NCBI RefSeq assembly: GCF_018350175.1
Contig: NC_058368.1
Location: 73,472,001 to 73,536,000 of the forward strand
Direction: 5' to 3'
Origin: Felis catus
Lineage: Eukaryota
DNA: 64,000 bases
Shown here piece by piece: positions 1 through 16,509 of the stretch (position 1 is the first letter of the stretch; each line of letters starts with the position of its first letter). The position numbers and the translations under genes were made by a program. The notes beneath the pieces were generated by a model that was not told where the DNA came from, ran no database searches, and saw only the letters and a list, made by a program, of their open reading frames with translations.

Positions 1-167
1 ACAGCTCAATATAAAGATGAATTGAAAAGTCATTATTCACATTACAGAATAACTCATAACCTAGTTCCACTCATTGAATAAATCAATCCACTGACAAAGT
101 GAAGTAAATTATTCTCATTTCTCAGAGAATGAGGGATTTTTACCTCAAAAACCTATCCCAAAGTCTA

Positions 168-173
168 TTTAAA

Positions 174-207
<34 letters not shown>

Positions 208-378
208 AGAACAAGTGAGGGAGGGGCAGAGAGAGAGAGAGAGACAGAGAATCCCAAGTGGGCTTTCCACTGTCAACACAGAGCCCAACTCGGGGCTCGA
301 TCCCATGAACTGTGAGATCATGACCTGAGCTGAAACAGAGAGTTGGAAGCTGGACGAACTGAGCCACCCAGGTGCCCC
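168..378 (-). mobile_element. CAN-SINE (SINEC_Fc type)
   Basis: tRNA-derived head GGGGCACCTGGGTGGCTCAG, (CT)n, A tail. Confidence 0.9.
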
Positions 379-427
379 TCAAAGTCAACTTTTGACAGCA
401 AAGAGTCAAAGTTGCAAGTTAAAGTTA

Positions 428-1280
428 CAGTAAAACTTTGGTTTGTGAGCATAATTTGTTCTGGAAACATGCTTGTAATCCAAAGCACTTGTATATCAAA
501 GCAAATTTTCCCCTAAGAAATAATGGAAACTCAAGTGATTCATTCTTCAACCCAAAAATATTCATATAAAATGATTACAATACTGTAATATAATAGAAAA
601 TAATAAAGGAAATACAAAATATAAAAAAAAATAAATTAACCTGCACTTACCTTTGAAAACCCTCGTGGCTAGTATGAGGGAGACAAGAGAAGGGTTATTG
701 TGTAGAACAACTTTCACTATCACTGACAGTCTCACTGCTATCTATTGGCTCAATGGACTCTTTTTCTGCATGGGAGCCATTTTATATACTCGCATGGATG
801 TTGACTACAGTACAGTATTAATAAACTCTTGCCATACACTGTATTTAATGTAACTGGAAATAAGACAGCAGACGAAAGGGTCTGTATCTGCAGGCAGCCT
901 GACCTAGAATGAAGCAAAGTATTCCTAAGCTTACTGTTGTGTGGAAAAACAAAGGACTGTCCATAGGTACTTTGAAGTGACAAAAAATACACTAGTGCCA
1001 GTTGTGGGCACCTTTCAAAGTTCTGAAAAATCACTGCTTTCTGCCAAACACTGTAGCCTGAGACCAAGCATCCGAGCATGGGAGATGATCACCCACAATC
1101 TCACAGAGAAAAAGAGAGAGAGAGAGAGGGAGAAGAACCATTGTGATCATGTGACATTCGGTGTCATGTACTACCCACAATGCAAAACATCACTCATTTA
1201 TCAAGTTAAAAAGTATCAAATGTTTGCTTATCTTGTAGAACACTTGCAGACCAAGTTATTCACAATCCAAGGTTTTATTG
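428..1280 (+). mobile_element. Non-autonomous Tigger/pogo-like DNA transposon (853 bp)
   Basis: TIRs CAGTAAAACTTTGGTTTGTGAG and TTCACAATCCAAGGTTTTATTG; TA on the left flank. Confidence 0.8.
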
Positions 1281-1354
1281 CATATCCTTTTACAAGAAAT
1301 ATCAGTTTGTTTCTGTTCTCTGCATGCAAATTTGACAAGAATAAAAATATTCTT

Positions 1355-1799
1355 TTTTTTAAGTTCATTTATTTATGTTGAGAGAGAGTAACAGACAGAA
1401 AGTATGTGTGCATGACAGCAGGGGAAGGGCAGAGAGTGAGGGAGAGAGAGAATCCCAAGCAGGCTCCACGCTGTCAGTGAGGTGCCTGATGTGGGGCTCG
1501 ATCTCTCAAACTGTGAGATCATGACCTGAGCTGAAATCAAGAGTTGGATTTAACCAACCGAGCCACCCAGGCACCCAAAGGTTAAAAATATTCTTATGGA
1601 TGGGCGCCTCGGTGGCTTAGTCAGTTAAGCATCTGACTTCGGCTCAGGTCATGATCTCACAGTTTGTGAGTTCAAGCCCCACGCCGGGCTCTGTGCTGAC
1701 AGCTCAGAGCCTGGAGCCTGCTTTGGATTCTGTGTCTCTGTCCCCCTCTGCCCCTACCCCCCCCTCTCAAAAATAAATACATATTAAAAAAATTTTTTT
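1355..1799. mobile_element. Head-to-head CAN-SINE pair (1355-1576 minus; 1601-1799 plus)
   Basis: Two SINE heads 24 bp apart. Confidence 0.9.
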
Positions 1800-2669
1800 A
1801 AATATTCTTGTGGAAATTTATTAGATACAACAGAAGAATGTCCAATACCATAAACTAACTGTAGCTTTCTATATATAAACCCAGATTATTTTAACAGCTG
1901 TTTATTTCTGATTGAGAGAAAAGCCTTCATGTTAGGTCAGTGCTTCTCAGCACAATTTTGGATTGGAATAATGATCATGGAAGTGGACTCTCTAACATCT
2001 ATTCTACATCAAATGATTAGACTAAGTCTAACATAGTAATCTCGTTTCCACTTCCAAGTGATTAGGTTAGGTGCGGACATGAACTGATCCTAGAATAAGA
2101 CAAAGATTTGTAAGGACTTATGGAGAAAGCTGCCTTGTTCCTAAGAAAGACACAGAGAAAAATGGCCTTTTACTTCCTCTGGACATTGCTGCTCTGATTT
2201 TGAAACTCTGATAGCCACCTTCCCCCCCCCCCCCAAGATAAAACTAACACTGAGAAAGGCAAAGGGAGAGATACAGGACCTTAATGAACTTGTTGGTCTA
2301 CTGTATCAATCCATTCTGCAGCCTATTCTGCCTCAGGATTCCCATTATATAATATCATAAATTCTCTTAGTATGACAGTGTGCATCATGGTTTTCTGTTC
2401 CCTGGGAATGAAAATATCCTAACAGATACAGGAAGGATACATAAGCATTCTGGGGAATCAAGTGACTCCAATAAGTTACAACAGTGTCGAGACATAATTA
2501 GGATAAAATTTCATCAGGACAAGAATGTGATTATTCACTTAACGTTGAACAAATAGTGAGAAAATAAGAAATACACAAAATTGATGTCTGCATGTTTCAG
2601 GAAAAAGAGGAAAGCTTAAATGCAAGACATGTATTTCAGCAAAAATACTGTGTTTTTAAACATAATAAG

Positions 2670-2830
2670 ACAATGGTAGATAATTCTCATATGTTGAGCC
2701 AACCATGCCTTCCTAGAAACAATCTCACTTGGTCACAGTGTATAATCCCTTTAATATGCCGCTGGATTTGGGTCGCTAGTATGTTTTTGAGGATTTTGCT
2801 TCTATATTTATAAGGGATATGGGTCTGATA
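2670..2830 (-). mobile_element. Short L1 ORF2 fragment
   Basis: Translates KILKNILATQIQRHIKGIIHCDQV. Confidence 0.7.
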
Positions 2831-2849
2831 CCTATCTTGCACACCAGCT

Positions 2850-3487
2850 GTACGTACTGTCCACTTGATGACCTCCCAGGCCATCGTATTCTCCTGGTTT
2901 CCTATTAACTCCCTGGTGTCTCCTTCTCAGTGTCCTTTGATGGCTCCTCCTCTTCTTCCCGATCACCTTGAAGTGTCTCAGGGCTCAGTCCTTGTTCCTT
3001 TTCTCTTCACACAGTCCCTCTGAAATCTCATCCTCTCTTGTAACTCTTAATATTGCCCATATGCCAACAACCACCAGACTTAGTATCTCTACCAAACATC
3101 TTTTCCAAAACACTTATCCACTATCTCCATTGGATATCAACTCAGTATCTCTAATTCAACAAGTGCAAAACAAAATTCCTGATCTCCCCATCAAAACCTG
3201 CTCCCCTCAGTTTTCTTCATCTGGGTTTTTGACCACTGCATCTTTCTACATGCTCAGGCCAAAACTGTCAGGACTCATTTTTGTCCCCTCTCTCTCTCAC
3301 ACCCGCACCCTGTTGACTCTACTTTTCTAAGCACATCCTGAAACCAACCACTTTGCACCACGTCCCACTGCTGCCACCCTGGTATCAGTCACCTTTATCT
3401 CTCACTTGGATTATTTTCAATAGCCCGCCCATCTGCTTAGACCCTTGACTAAATATAGTCTACTCTCAACTGGCAGAATAATCCTTT
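2850..3487 (+). mobile_element. L2 fragment (resumes about 3960-4060 after two SINEs)
   Basis: Pyrimidine-rich L2-like 3' sequence ending TGCCTGGCACATAG...TAAACATTTG. Confidence 0.65.
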
Positions 3488-3502
3488 AAAAATAAAAGAC
3501 AG

Positions 3503-3611
3503 AGGTGCCTGGGTGGCTCAGCCAGTTGGGCATCCGACGCTCAGTTTCGGCTCAAGTGATGACCTCATTGTATCCTGAGGCTCTGTGCTGGTGGTGCAGA
3601 TCCTGGTTGGG

Positions 3612-3651
<40 letters not shown>

Positions 3652-3960
3652 CCTCCCCTATTCATGCTGTCTCTGTCTCCCTCAAGATAAATGAATAAAC
3701 TTAAAAAAAAAATTTTTTTTAACATAGAAGACAGAACAGGGGCGCCTGGGTGGCTAAGTCAGTCAAGCATCCGATTTATGATTTCTGCTCAGGTCCTGAT
3801 CTCACGGTTCCTTAGTTGAAGACCTGCAAGTGGAGCCTACTTGGGATTCTCTCTCTCTCCTTCTCTCTCTCTCTCTGCCCCTCCTGTGTGTGCTCACTCT
3901 CTCTCTCAAAAATAAGTAAACTTTAAAAAATAAAATAAAATAAACTCTAAAAAATAAAAT
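3503..3960 (+). mobile_element. Two tandem CAN-SINEs (3503-3720; 3739-3960)
   Basis: Heads, (CT)n and A tails. Confidence 0.9.
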
Positions 3961-4299
3961 GTAAGGCAAGAATCATTGCTTTTGTATTCAGTAATAGATC
4001 TCAGGGGCCAACAGCAATGCCTGGCACATAGTTGGAACTCGGTAAACATTTGCTAAGTGACCACTCACAGCCTGTAGGTTTCTGATTATTAACCCTTATC
4101 CACAACAAGCTGACCCAGACATACAATCGAACCCTTTCTTTTAGTTTAGTAAGTGGGGGTGGGGGGCGGAAATCCACATACACAAACCACCCATAAATGT
4201 GGCTCAGAATTGAAGGCAGAAATGGAGGGAAGTTGGTTACAGCAACACAAATAACACCCACTTAAACATTAGATATGTCTCTCCACTTTTGAAATGCCC

Positions 4300-4992
4300 T
4301 TTGGCCTCTCCCAGCAATCTCAATTGGCCTTCAAAGTTTTAAAAAGAAATCCCCACACTCCTAGGAAAAGACTAACAGGTCTATAGCCATGATAACAAGT
4401 AAATATCCATAGTTGTAAATCCATTAAGTCATTCAATGGACTGTAGTCCTAGGACAGTCCTCTAGTCATAGTAACAAATAAATACGAAATCTGTTTTTAA
4501 ATCCTTTTATCAATCATAATTCCCTTTAGGAGATACACTCTAAAATAACCCGTCGGTGACAGCTCCTAGCTTTGAAAGTCATATAATGGTGGCAAACTCT
4601 CCCAGGAACACACTTCTGAGGCTGTGGTCAATCTCGAAACAAACCATCCCCCAAAACCTGATCAATGTAAGATAAGCGAGACTACGCTGGGCCGGCAGGG
4701 CTCTCCCTGATCTCAGATACTGAGTGCTGGTCTCATCCTTCAATGTCCATTATGCCATTCAGTCCTGAGCCTCACCTCCTTCCCCCTGCTCCTCCTTCCT
4801 CTATGCTTACCCCTCCACCCTTCTCTTCTCTCCCATCTCATAAGCAAGACAGAATTCACTCAGTCTCTGATGCGATGCACTTTGACCAGTGTTATGCATG
4901 GGCTTCTACCAATATTCAAGCAGTTTCCCTTCAGAATAAGTAAAGATGCTCTCCTAAACATAGCTCTGTCCCCCCAAAATAATTCTGGTACC
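4300..4992 (+). mobile_element. Probable solo LTR remnant
   Basis: LTR-like composition, short internal repeats, AGTAAA-type signal, ends in CA; family not identified. Confidence 0.35.
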
Positions 4993-5317
4993 AGGGCAAA
5001 GTATTTTTGCTTTGTTACACATATCATTCTAACTAAGAGGCAATTCTTCTAACTGCTATTTGAAAAGTAAGGAAATGGAGTATCAGTGAGTTTAAACCAA
5101 GATCATAGTATCATTAAGAGGAGGAACTATGATCTAAACCCAGACTTTTTAAAATTCAAAATGTGTGTTTTTTCACTACAATATGCTGCCCACCACCATA
5201 GGAGCCATATCTTTTCCCTGTAATAATCATAATTGATTGCACAAGCCCTGCTGTTTCTTATTTCCTTCTGTCTACTCATGTCCTGGAATACCCTCCTTAC
5301 CCTCCTAAATGGCTGTC

Positions 5318-5356
5318 TTTTTTTAAATTAATTTATTTATTCCAAAGGAGAGAGAG

Positions 5357-5433
<77 letters not shown>

Positions 5434-5733
5434 CCCAAGCAGGCTCCATGCTGTCAGCACAGAGACCAACACAGGGCTTGATCCCATGAACTATGAGATC
5501 ATAACCTGAGCAGAAATCACCCAGGCACACCCTGCTGTCTTTTTTTGATTGATTTTTATTTATTCTTTAAAATTCAGCTCCAGGGGTGCCTCAATGGCTG
5601 AGTTGGCTAACGTACCAGCTTCAGCTCAGGTCATGATCTTGTGGTTTGTGACTTCAAGCCCCGCATCAGGAGCTTTGCACTAACAATGCAGAGCCTGCTT
5701 GGGATTCTCTCTCCCTCTCTCTGCCCCTGCCTC

Positions 5734-5764
<31 letters not shown>

Positions 5765-6178
5765 CAACATAAATAAATAAACTTTACAAAAATAAATAAA
5801 TAAAATTCAGCTCCAGCATAACCTTCATGAAGCCATCCCCAACACACCTGCTGGCTTAAGTATCTCCTCAATATTTTCTTAATGTATCTATCATCATGCT
5901 ACCATACTGCAATGCAATTATCCTTTATGTATATGTCTCCTCCACAAGAAAGTAAGCTTCTTGGGGTGCATGGGTGGCTCAGTCAGTTAAGCGTCCGACT
6001 TAGGCTTAGGTCATGATCTTGAGGTTCATGAGTTTGAGCCCCATGTTGGGCTCTGTGCTGACAGCTCAGAGCCTGGAGCCTGCTTCAGATTCTCTGCCTC
6101 CCTCTCTCTGCCCTTCCCACACTCATGCTCTGTCTCTCTCCCTCAAAAATAAACATTAAAAAACATTAAAAGGAAAAA
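5318..6178. mobile_element. Three CAN-SINEs (5318-5532 minus; 5583-5801 plus; 5963-6178 plus)
   Basis: Middle copy has TSD AAAATTCAGCTCCA. Confidence 0.9.
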
Positions 6179-6787
6179 AAGTGAGCTTGTGGAGAACAGA
6201 CACTGTCTCATTATTTGTAACCCAGTATCAAACACAATGTTCATTGTAGACGATATATCTAATAATTGTCGAATGGGTTTTGATAAGAGCAATTCAAATA
6301 TTAATAGCAGTTAAGACTAGTGCTGTCATATTTAATCCCTAGCATCCTTTGGGATGCTTTGGGATTGTATAAACAGTGTCACTTTTGCAGAACCCAGCTT
6401 AGGGTTTCTTGGCTTGCGGTAGGTGCTAAATGATATTTTTTTCAATTGAATGATCAGAACTGGTGTTACTGCTTCTTTGTGTGTGGGGGGAAAGAGATTG
6501 GATAGGGAAGCAAGTTACTAAACCTCTGTAAACATTCTTTTTCCTCATTTGTATAAGCAGTAATAATACACCTCCTTGGAAGGTTAATTTTAATAGCACA
6601 TGAAAAGTCATTAACACAGCTTGGAACAGAGCAACCATTAAAATCAATGTTCGACTGAATTATGACTTCGAAGAGCTGTGGTCTTTTTTACATATGGGAA
6701 AACGCTTTTCTGTAATTCAGATGTAAATGCAATTTTGAATAGAACAAACCCAACCTGTTTCATTTAATTTCACAATGTATCACTTAC

Positions 6788-6827
6788 CTTTCTTCCGAAG
6801 GTGAAGATGAACGAATTGACCAGTTAT
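6788..6827 (-). CDS. CCDC168: CCDC168 coding exon 3 (40 nt, DNWSIRSSSPSEE+AG)
   Basis: Pyrimidine tract plus CTAG| acceptor, AAG|GTAAGT donor; phase compatible with exon 2; NWS motif as in human. Confidence 0.75.
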
Positions 6828-6929
6828 CTAGAGATAAGTGGGAAGTAAAAAAAAAAAGTCAGGACACCAATAGAAGCAACTCCGGTTGAACAAGCTTTAT
6901 ATTAAAATATGAAATGATATAATATTTAC

Positions 6930-6963
6930 CAAATTTCATGCTTTTCAGGCAACAGTCTTCCTT
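6930..6963 (-). CDS. CCDC168: CCDC168 coding exon 2 (34 nt, KEDCCLKSMKF+G)
   Basis: TAG|AAG acceptor (NAGNAG), G|GTAAAT donor; in frame with exon 1; similar to human TEDSCPKSRKL. Confidence 0.75.
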
Positions 6964-7075
6964 CTATTTCAAGGGAGACAATAAGATAAATGTTAAAGGA
7001 GTAACCCAAATATCAAAGTTAAATTCATAATTTATCCTCATGTGTGATTTTGAAGAACAGGGGAGAAAGAAATCA

Positions 7076-7525
<450 letters not shown>

Positions 7526-8467
7526 TCAACTGAGCTCATATCAACTTACCTTAGCAATAATGAAAGTCCACTAGTGAGACATGTTTGGTGCTTTAGTAGT
7601 TTTTTAAATTTAAAAATTGTAAATAATCCTTTATTAATTTCACAAAAAGAAAATATAATTCTATAAACAATCCCTTCGTACAGTTGATTACTACCCTGTA
7701 ATTCAAAAAATGCAGAACAAACTTGAATTAGACATAGCCATTTTCTAGTACCACCAGGAATACTGCATTTTGTGCTTGTGGTTAGGAAAATATGAATGTA
7801 CTGTTGACAGAGTTAGTAAAAAACAGAACAAAAAACTAAAGGAAATGCTGCAGTTTGAGTTTCAGACAGATACCAAATCATTTTTTAGTATGTCTCACTG
7901 TCACTGGGTGAGATATTATTGTCTGTCTCTTATGGGCCTGCCTGATTTTGTTTTCTTAAGATAGAACATCTCATTTTATACTTCTTTTTGCCAGAGGGGC
8001 CTGTTAGCAATGTTCCTCAACAATCTACTGTTACATGCTGAAAACCAAAGGTACATTCTGGAATTGTCTGGTGGTGAATTCCCTTTTTGCCCTATCTCTA
8101 GTGATTCCAAAGAACGGCTCCTTGTGAGGCTTCCTGATGTCAGAATTCGCATGTATTTAAGAGCCAGGTTTAAGTACTGCTCACTTTCTCTCAAAGTCTA
8201 GAAGGCAGACTCAATTTATCTTGCCTGACAGCAGGCATTCTCTAACTCATTTAATGTGAACTACTGTAAACAGTACTCAATGTCTTAACACTTTATAGTT
8301 CCTGAGACCTTGCAGAGCTTTATGGCACTGAATCCCTGATTAGTATGCCTCAGACTAGCTCTGTAAGAACTGACAAGGAACCACTCATGCTGATGGGGAA
8401 TGTGCAAGAGGTAAAGAATATCCTCCTTTAGAGCTCTGTCATGTTTGTTCCTATGGGCTTGCCTACT

Positions 8468-8673
8468 AGGGGCACCTGGGTGGTTCAGTCAGTTAAGCGT
8501 CCGACTCTTGGTTTCAGCTCAGGTCATGATCTCAGGGTTCGTTATTTCGAGCCCCGTGTCGGGCTCTGCACTGATGGCACAGAACCTGCTTGGGATTCTC
8601 TCTCTCCCTCTCTCTCTGCCCCTTCCCCTACTCACACACTTGCTCTCAAAAATAAACTTAAAAAAAAAAAAAA
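8468..8673 (+). mobile_element. CAN-SINE
   Basis: Head, (CT)n, A tail. Confidence 0.9.
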
Positions 8674-8965
8674 TAGTCACCTAATTCTGAGTGTAGACAC
8701 TGATGTCCTTTACACCAGAAACCTCTTCCTGTGTTAATCTCAAGTAAACTGCATAAAAAGTAAAGTGCTAAACTGGATTTATTTCTTAAAATTATGAAGA
8801 CAATAAAAAAATAAAATAATGAACACCAGAGAAATTCCATCACTAATAGAAATATAGACACAAGAGAACACTCCAAAAAATTCTGTTTAAGTTTTAAAAT
8901 ATCTATTATATGTACCAAGGTCACATTCTTCACACTATTTGGACATTGTGAAACTAAGCTTCTCC

Positions 8966-9190
8966 TTTTTTAAAAAAAATTTTTTTTACATTATCTATTT
9001 TTGAGAGAGAGAGAGAGACAGAGCATGAGCAGGGGAGGGGCAGAGAGGGAGGGAGACACAGAATCTGAAGCAGGCTCCAGGCTCCAAGCTGCCAGCACAG
9101 AGCCGGACGCGGGGCTTGAACCGACAAACCGTGAGATCATGACCTGAGCCGAAGTCGGACACTTAATCGACTGAGCCACCCAGGTGCCCC
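8966..9190 (-). mobile_element. CAN-SINE, CpG-rich
   Basis: Head, CAGAGCCTGGAGCCTGC-type body, tail. Confidence 0.9.
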
Positions 9191-10057
9191 TAGGCTTTTC
9201 CTTTTTTATGTATAAGGAAAAAGTCCCAATAATAGGTGTATAAAACAGCAATATAAAACCAGGGATTGCTCATAGTGGTTAGAAATTCTCCCTTTATAAA
9301 TATCTTAGTTCAATTACAAATATTCAATAATGAATATGTAAGGCACTGAACAACTAAAAAGGGCTCTATGGATACAAAGATCAGTGAAAATCATTCCCTG
9401 ACATGGGGTATTTGTGATGTGCAAATATGCCAATAATTTACTGAAAAGGCAGCATGTGAACAGAGAGGAAGATACTACATGAGTTCCAAGGAGGGCTACT
9501 TGGTTGGAGTAATTAAAAAAAAAGCTGTGAAGGGGGAAAGAGAATATAAGCATGTTAAAGGATGAGGAGGATTTGATAACAGATGAGGACCAACAAGAAA
9601 GTTTCAGGAAGACGAGGCAGAAAGCCTTGTTCCAAAACTTTGTGTTGTCCAGGTTAACCGGAGCGCTGTGCAGGACTGTGCAGTGTTGTCCAGGTTCATA
9701 GTATGGGGGAAATCGGGCTACAATGTTGATAGGGCCTATTGTGAAGAGCTTTGAACCAAGGACTTCAACCTTAGTAGTCACTTTTGGAGATCCATCAACA
9801 TAGTTTTTGACTTGAGGGTGTCAGTTGGTTTGTTGAAGCAAGGAGACCACAAAATAGGAAAATCAGTTAGGTGACTGCTGTTACACAGATGAGAACTGGT
9901 GAAGGCCTGGATTAAGAGTAATGGCAGCATAAACAAGAGAGATGACAGAATCAGACACTGAAACTCATGATCTGGCAACGTATTTATAAGGAACAAATGG
10001 ATTTGGAAGGGGGTAGAAAAGCTAATGGTGAGGGAGAAAGGATTTCAAGATAACCCC

Positions 10058-10266
10058 CAGGTTCTCCACCTGGAAACCACGGACATTGTGGATAAGATCC
10101 TGCTTTGTTACGGCTGGCTGCCAAGCGCATTAGACTGCTGGCCGCATCCCTTTCCTCCGCCTATCGGATGCCAGTAGCACCGCCACCCCAGCCATAACCA
10201 CCAAAAGTTCCCAGACGTTGCCAACGTCCCTTAGGGGGCCAGATCACTCCTGGTGGAGAACTACTG
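10058..10266 (-). mobile_element. MER20 (hAT-Charlie) element
   Basis: GATGCCAGTAGCAC...CCAGACGTTGCCAACGTCCC...GAGAACTACTG resembles the MER20 consensus. Confidence 0.8.
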
Positions 10267-10909
10267 GTCTAGGTGGTGGTCGTGCTATTGAGGGTGCCCA
10301 CCAGAGGCGGTGCCAGGACAGCTCTTTAACCATCATCTCAAACTTTTCCCTGCAAGACATGGCAAATCTGTGAGGAGCAGCTGGGCCCTTTTCACAAATG
10401 TTCATTCCAGCCCTAGACATACTATTCATCTCTCTGGGAGCTGTACACTCCCCAGCCCTGCCCTGGTACACAGCTCTCAAATGACAAGCTATTTCACCAA
10501 TCAGGGTTTCTTACAAGTAACTCACGGAAAAATCAACTTTAAAAGACCATCTACGTCATCTCTGTTTGATGTAGTATCTTTGGTCACCTATATTATCCCT
10601 ATAGTTTAATTTGCCAACAAATATGACTACATAGCCTGGTTAGTAACCTTTTAACCTTCTTCACTGTCCTTTTTATGTTATGGTCTGCTCTATAGTAAGT
10701 TTTCCTTTTTATTTTCCCACTAGTTTTATTTCTTTTAATATTAATATTTCCCAATTGATTTGTATTTGTTTGTAGACCATAATTATATTTGTCAGCTCTG
10801 GATGTGTTTTATGTGTTTATAATACCTTGATATCAGTAGTGTTTTAAAGTTTCAAATGTTAGGCAATGATTATGTACTATGTACTATTTTTTAAAATTTA
10901 AGCCTTGTC

Positions 10910-11130
10910 AGGGGTGCTTAGGTGGTTCAGTTGGTTGGTTGAGTGTTTGACTTTGGCTCAGGTCATGATCTTGCAGTTTGTGAGTTCAAGCCCTGCGTCG
11001 GGCTCTGTGCTGACAGCTCAGAGCCTGGAGCCTGCTTTGGATTCTGTGTCTCCTCCTCTCTCTGCCCCTCCTCCCATCCTCATGCTCTCTCTCTCTTTCA
11101 ATAATAAATGTTAAAAAAAAATTTTTTTTA
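10910..11130 (+). mobile_element. CAN-SINE
   Basis: Head, body, tail. Confidence 0.9.
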
Positions 11131-11752
11131 AGTCTCGTTTAAGAAATTTAGTCAAAAAGTAACTATTACATCCTGAGTGACACTGACATTTTGATTTCAT
11201 AGTGGTACGTAATTTCACTCTGTAATATAAACGATTTGGACACTGTTACCCAGGTTTCTGTTCTTTATGCACTATTGAGAAAAATTAACAAATAATTAAA
11301 ATCCATGGACCCCACCAGAGAATGAGGGACCTCAAAAGTCAGCAAGCTGTCCAATCCACCTTGAGGCTGTCTGAAGGGCCTAATATTAGAGCAGTAGAGA
11401 GGCCAGGAAAAAGAGTCAGTATCTTACTATAGAAAAACACCCTTCACTACAAACTTACACATCATCAGCCCCATCACATTTTGTGCCCGTCGTAGGAAAC
11501 ACGGACACTGTGTTTTTAATATATAACACCATTCCAAGTCCAGTCCAGGTATTGACTGAACTTCCTAAGACAAAATGAAGTGCCCTAAGTCTGCCTAGAT
11601 TTCAGCACAGATGTTAGTCCTTATTTCATTCTCCTCTTATTCGGAGAGGTCGAGACATCAAGTTCCTCTGTTATAGTTAAGCTCTAAGTATTTACTCATC
11701 TTTGCAAACCCAATCAAGCTTTGCCTGTAACAGGCCTTCAGTAAACATTTAC

Positions 11753-11958
11753 TTTTTTAATGTTTATTTATTTTTGAGGGGGAGAGACAGCGTGGGTGGA
11801 GGAGGGGTAGAGAGAGAGGGAGACACAGACTCTGAAGCAGGCTCCAAGCTCTGAGCTGCCAGCACAGAGCCCAATGCAGGGCTCAAACTCACAAACTACA
11901 AGATCATGACCCGAGCTGAAATCAGACGCTTAACCGACTAAACCACCCAGGTGCTCCC
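11753..11958 (-). mobile_element. CAN-SINE
   Basis: Flanked by GTAAAC(A/C)TTT. Confidence 0.9.
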
Positions 11959-12228
11959 GGTAAACCTTTCTTGAATGAAAGTTGTTACTTCTTTCCAAAA
12001 ACAATGTTCAGGGTCCCCATATTTGAAAATGTATCTTCCCTCCTATCCCTTAACTGAGATTTAAAAGATTAGGTGAATGAGTGTATACATTCTATAAAAC
12101 TGACCACACTCAGCACAGTAATGTAATGCTTATTTTCCTTTTTTAAAGACACTGCTCTGCAAAATTAGACTACTTTCTCAGTTGCACAGAAAATAAGACA
12201 AAAGTTCTAGTGTAACAAAATTCAAATG

Positions 12229-12234
12229 TTTAAT
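12229..12234 (-). terminator. Candidate TEX30 polyadenylation signal ATTAAA
   Basis: About 260 nt past the stop in an AT-rich 3' UTR. Confidence 0.45.
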
Positions 12235-12493
12235 TTTTTCAAAACTTAACTATATTAATGAAAATAAATTATATGTAGACCACCTTCAGTATTTGTACAT
12301 CATCTTTATACAACTATAACAGTGCTTTCAAAAGATATTTTGTAGAGAACATTAATTTCACAATTAAAACATGTTTTAAAAATGGGGGAACATTAAATTC
12401 ATCTGAAATATTTCATAATGCAAGAGGTATGCTGTTCTTTATCAAATGAACTGTATTTGTATCCAAAATAACATGGCTTTTAGCTAAATACAA

Positions 12494-15516
<3,023 letters not shown>

Positions 15517-16009
15517 TTTCACTGTTGAGTAACAAACTTAAAGTGCATTACATCTGAGAAGCAAAGGACATCTCCCTGAAAAGAAGATTCTGTTGTGAAC
15601 GGTGGGTTGGCAGACATGGACATGACATAAGAAGTATGAATGAACACATTCAGCAGCTGAAATAAACACATTTAGAACTACTTCTCTAAGAACTGGTGCC
15701 TTTACGTATGCATTACTCAATTACTTCCAAGGTTCCTAAAACCATGGGCACCCAGAATTGGTTACAGGGCCAGGTGTGGGAATGGCAGATGTTATATAAG
15801 AAAAGCCAATATGATACCTTGACATGGAAATCTTAACAAAATTCATACCAAAGTAGAATGTTGTATCTTGGCATATATGCATATTTTTTTCCCTAAGCAT
15901 CTTTATTTTCAACCAACTATCTTTAACTTAATTTCACAGTATCTTTCCATTAACTTATTTCCTTATCATCATTCAGTTCTTCTTCCTACCCTGCAAAAGA
16001 AGTATGTAT

Positions 16010-16415
16010 CCACACCTTTTGTCAGGTGACTTTGCAGAGTGTCCCAATATGTACTGTACATACATCTCCACCCTACTGATTTGGGCCTTGACTATGAGAC
16101 ACTACATTAACTAATGAAATATATGCGAAAGTTGTAATGTGCCACTTCTGAGCTGGCACATAGCAAATTTCCAGAAGCCCCCTTGAACTCCCATCCCCAG
16201 TCATGAGAAAAGCATCTTCCAGGTATTTTTGCTTTTTCAGCCTGGGTCCCAGAACAAAGATAACACGCTGCAGCAGATATGAACCCGAAAGTAAAGTCTG
16301 GAGTCCAGCCTCATCCGGCCAAGATCTAAGCCACTGAAGAACCAAAAATGCTGGCCTGAAGAACCCAAGAGCATGAAATGTTAGGCCACTGAGATCTGGG
16401 GACTGTTATACAGCA
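16010..16415. mobile_element. MaLR (MLT1-like) LTR remnant
   Basis: CAGCCTGGGTCCCAG...GCCACTGAGATCTGGGGACTGTTATACAGCA resembles an MLT1 3' end. Confidence 0.55.
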
Positions 16416-16509
16416 TTCCTTCCTATGGAAGAGATCTCTTATTATTCAAGGTATAACCAACACCAAGATCTCCATTATCCATCTATTTTTTCCTGTTAAC
16501 ATTTATTCA

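Noticed and set aside
941..1381. 146-aa ORF as a transposase
   Set aside because: No recognisable DDE or HTH motif; it crosses a (GA)n tract and runs past the TIR into a SINE tail.
9314..9781. 155-aa minus-strand ORF between CCDC168 and TEX30
   Set aside because: GTG start, no recognisable homology, and partly within old repeat-like sequence.
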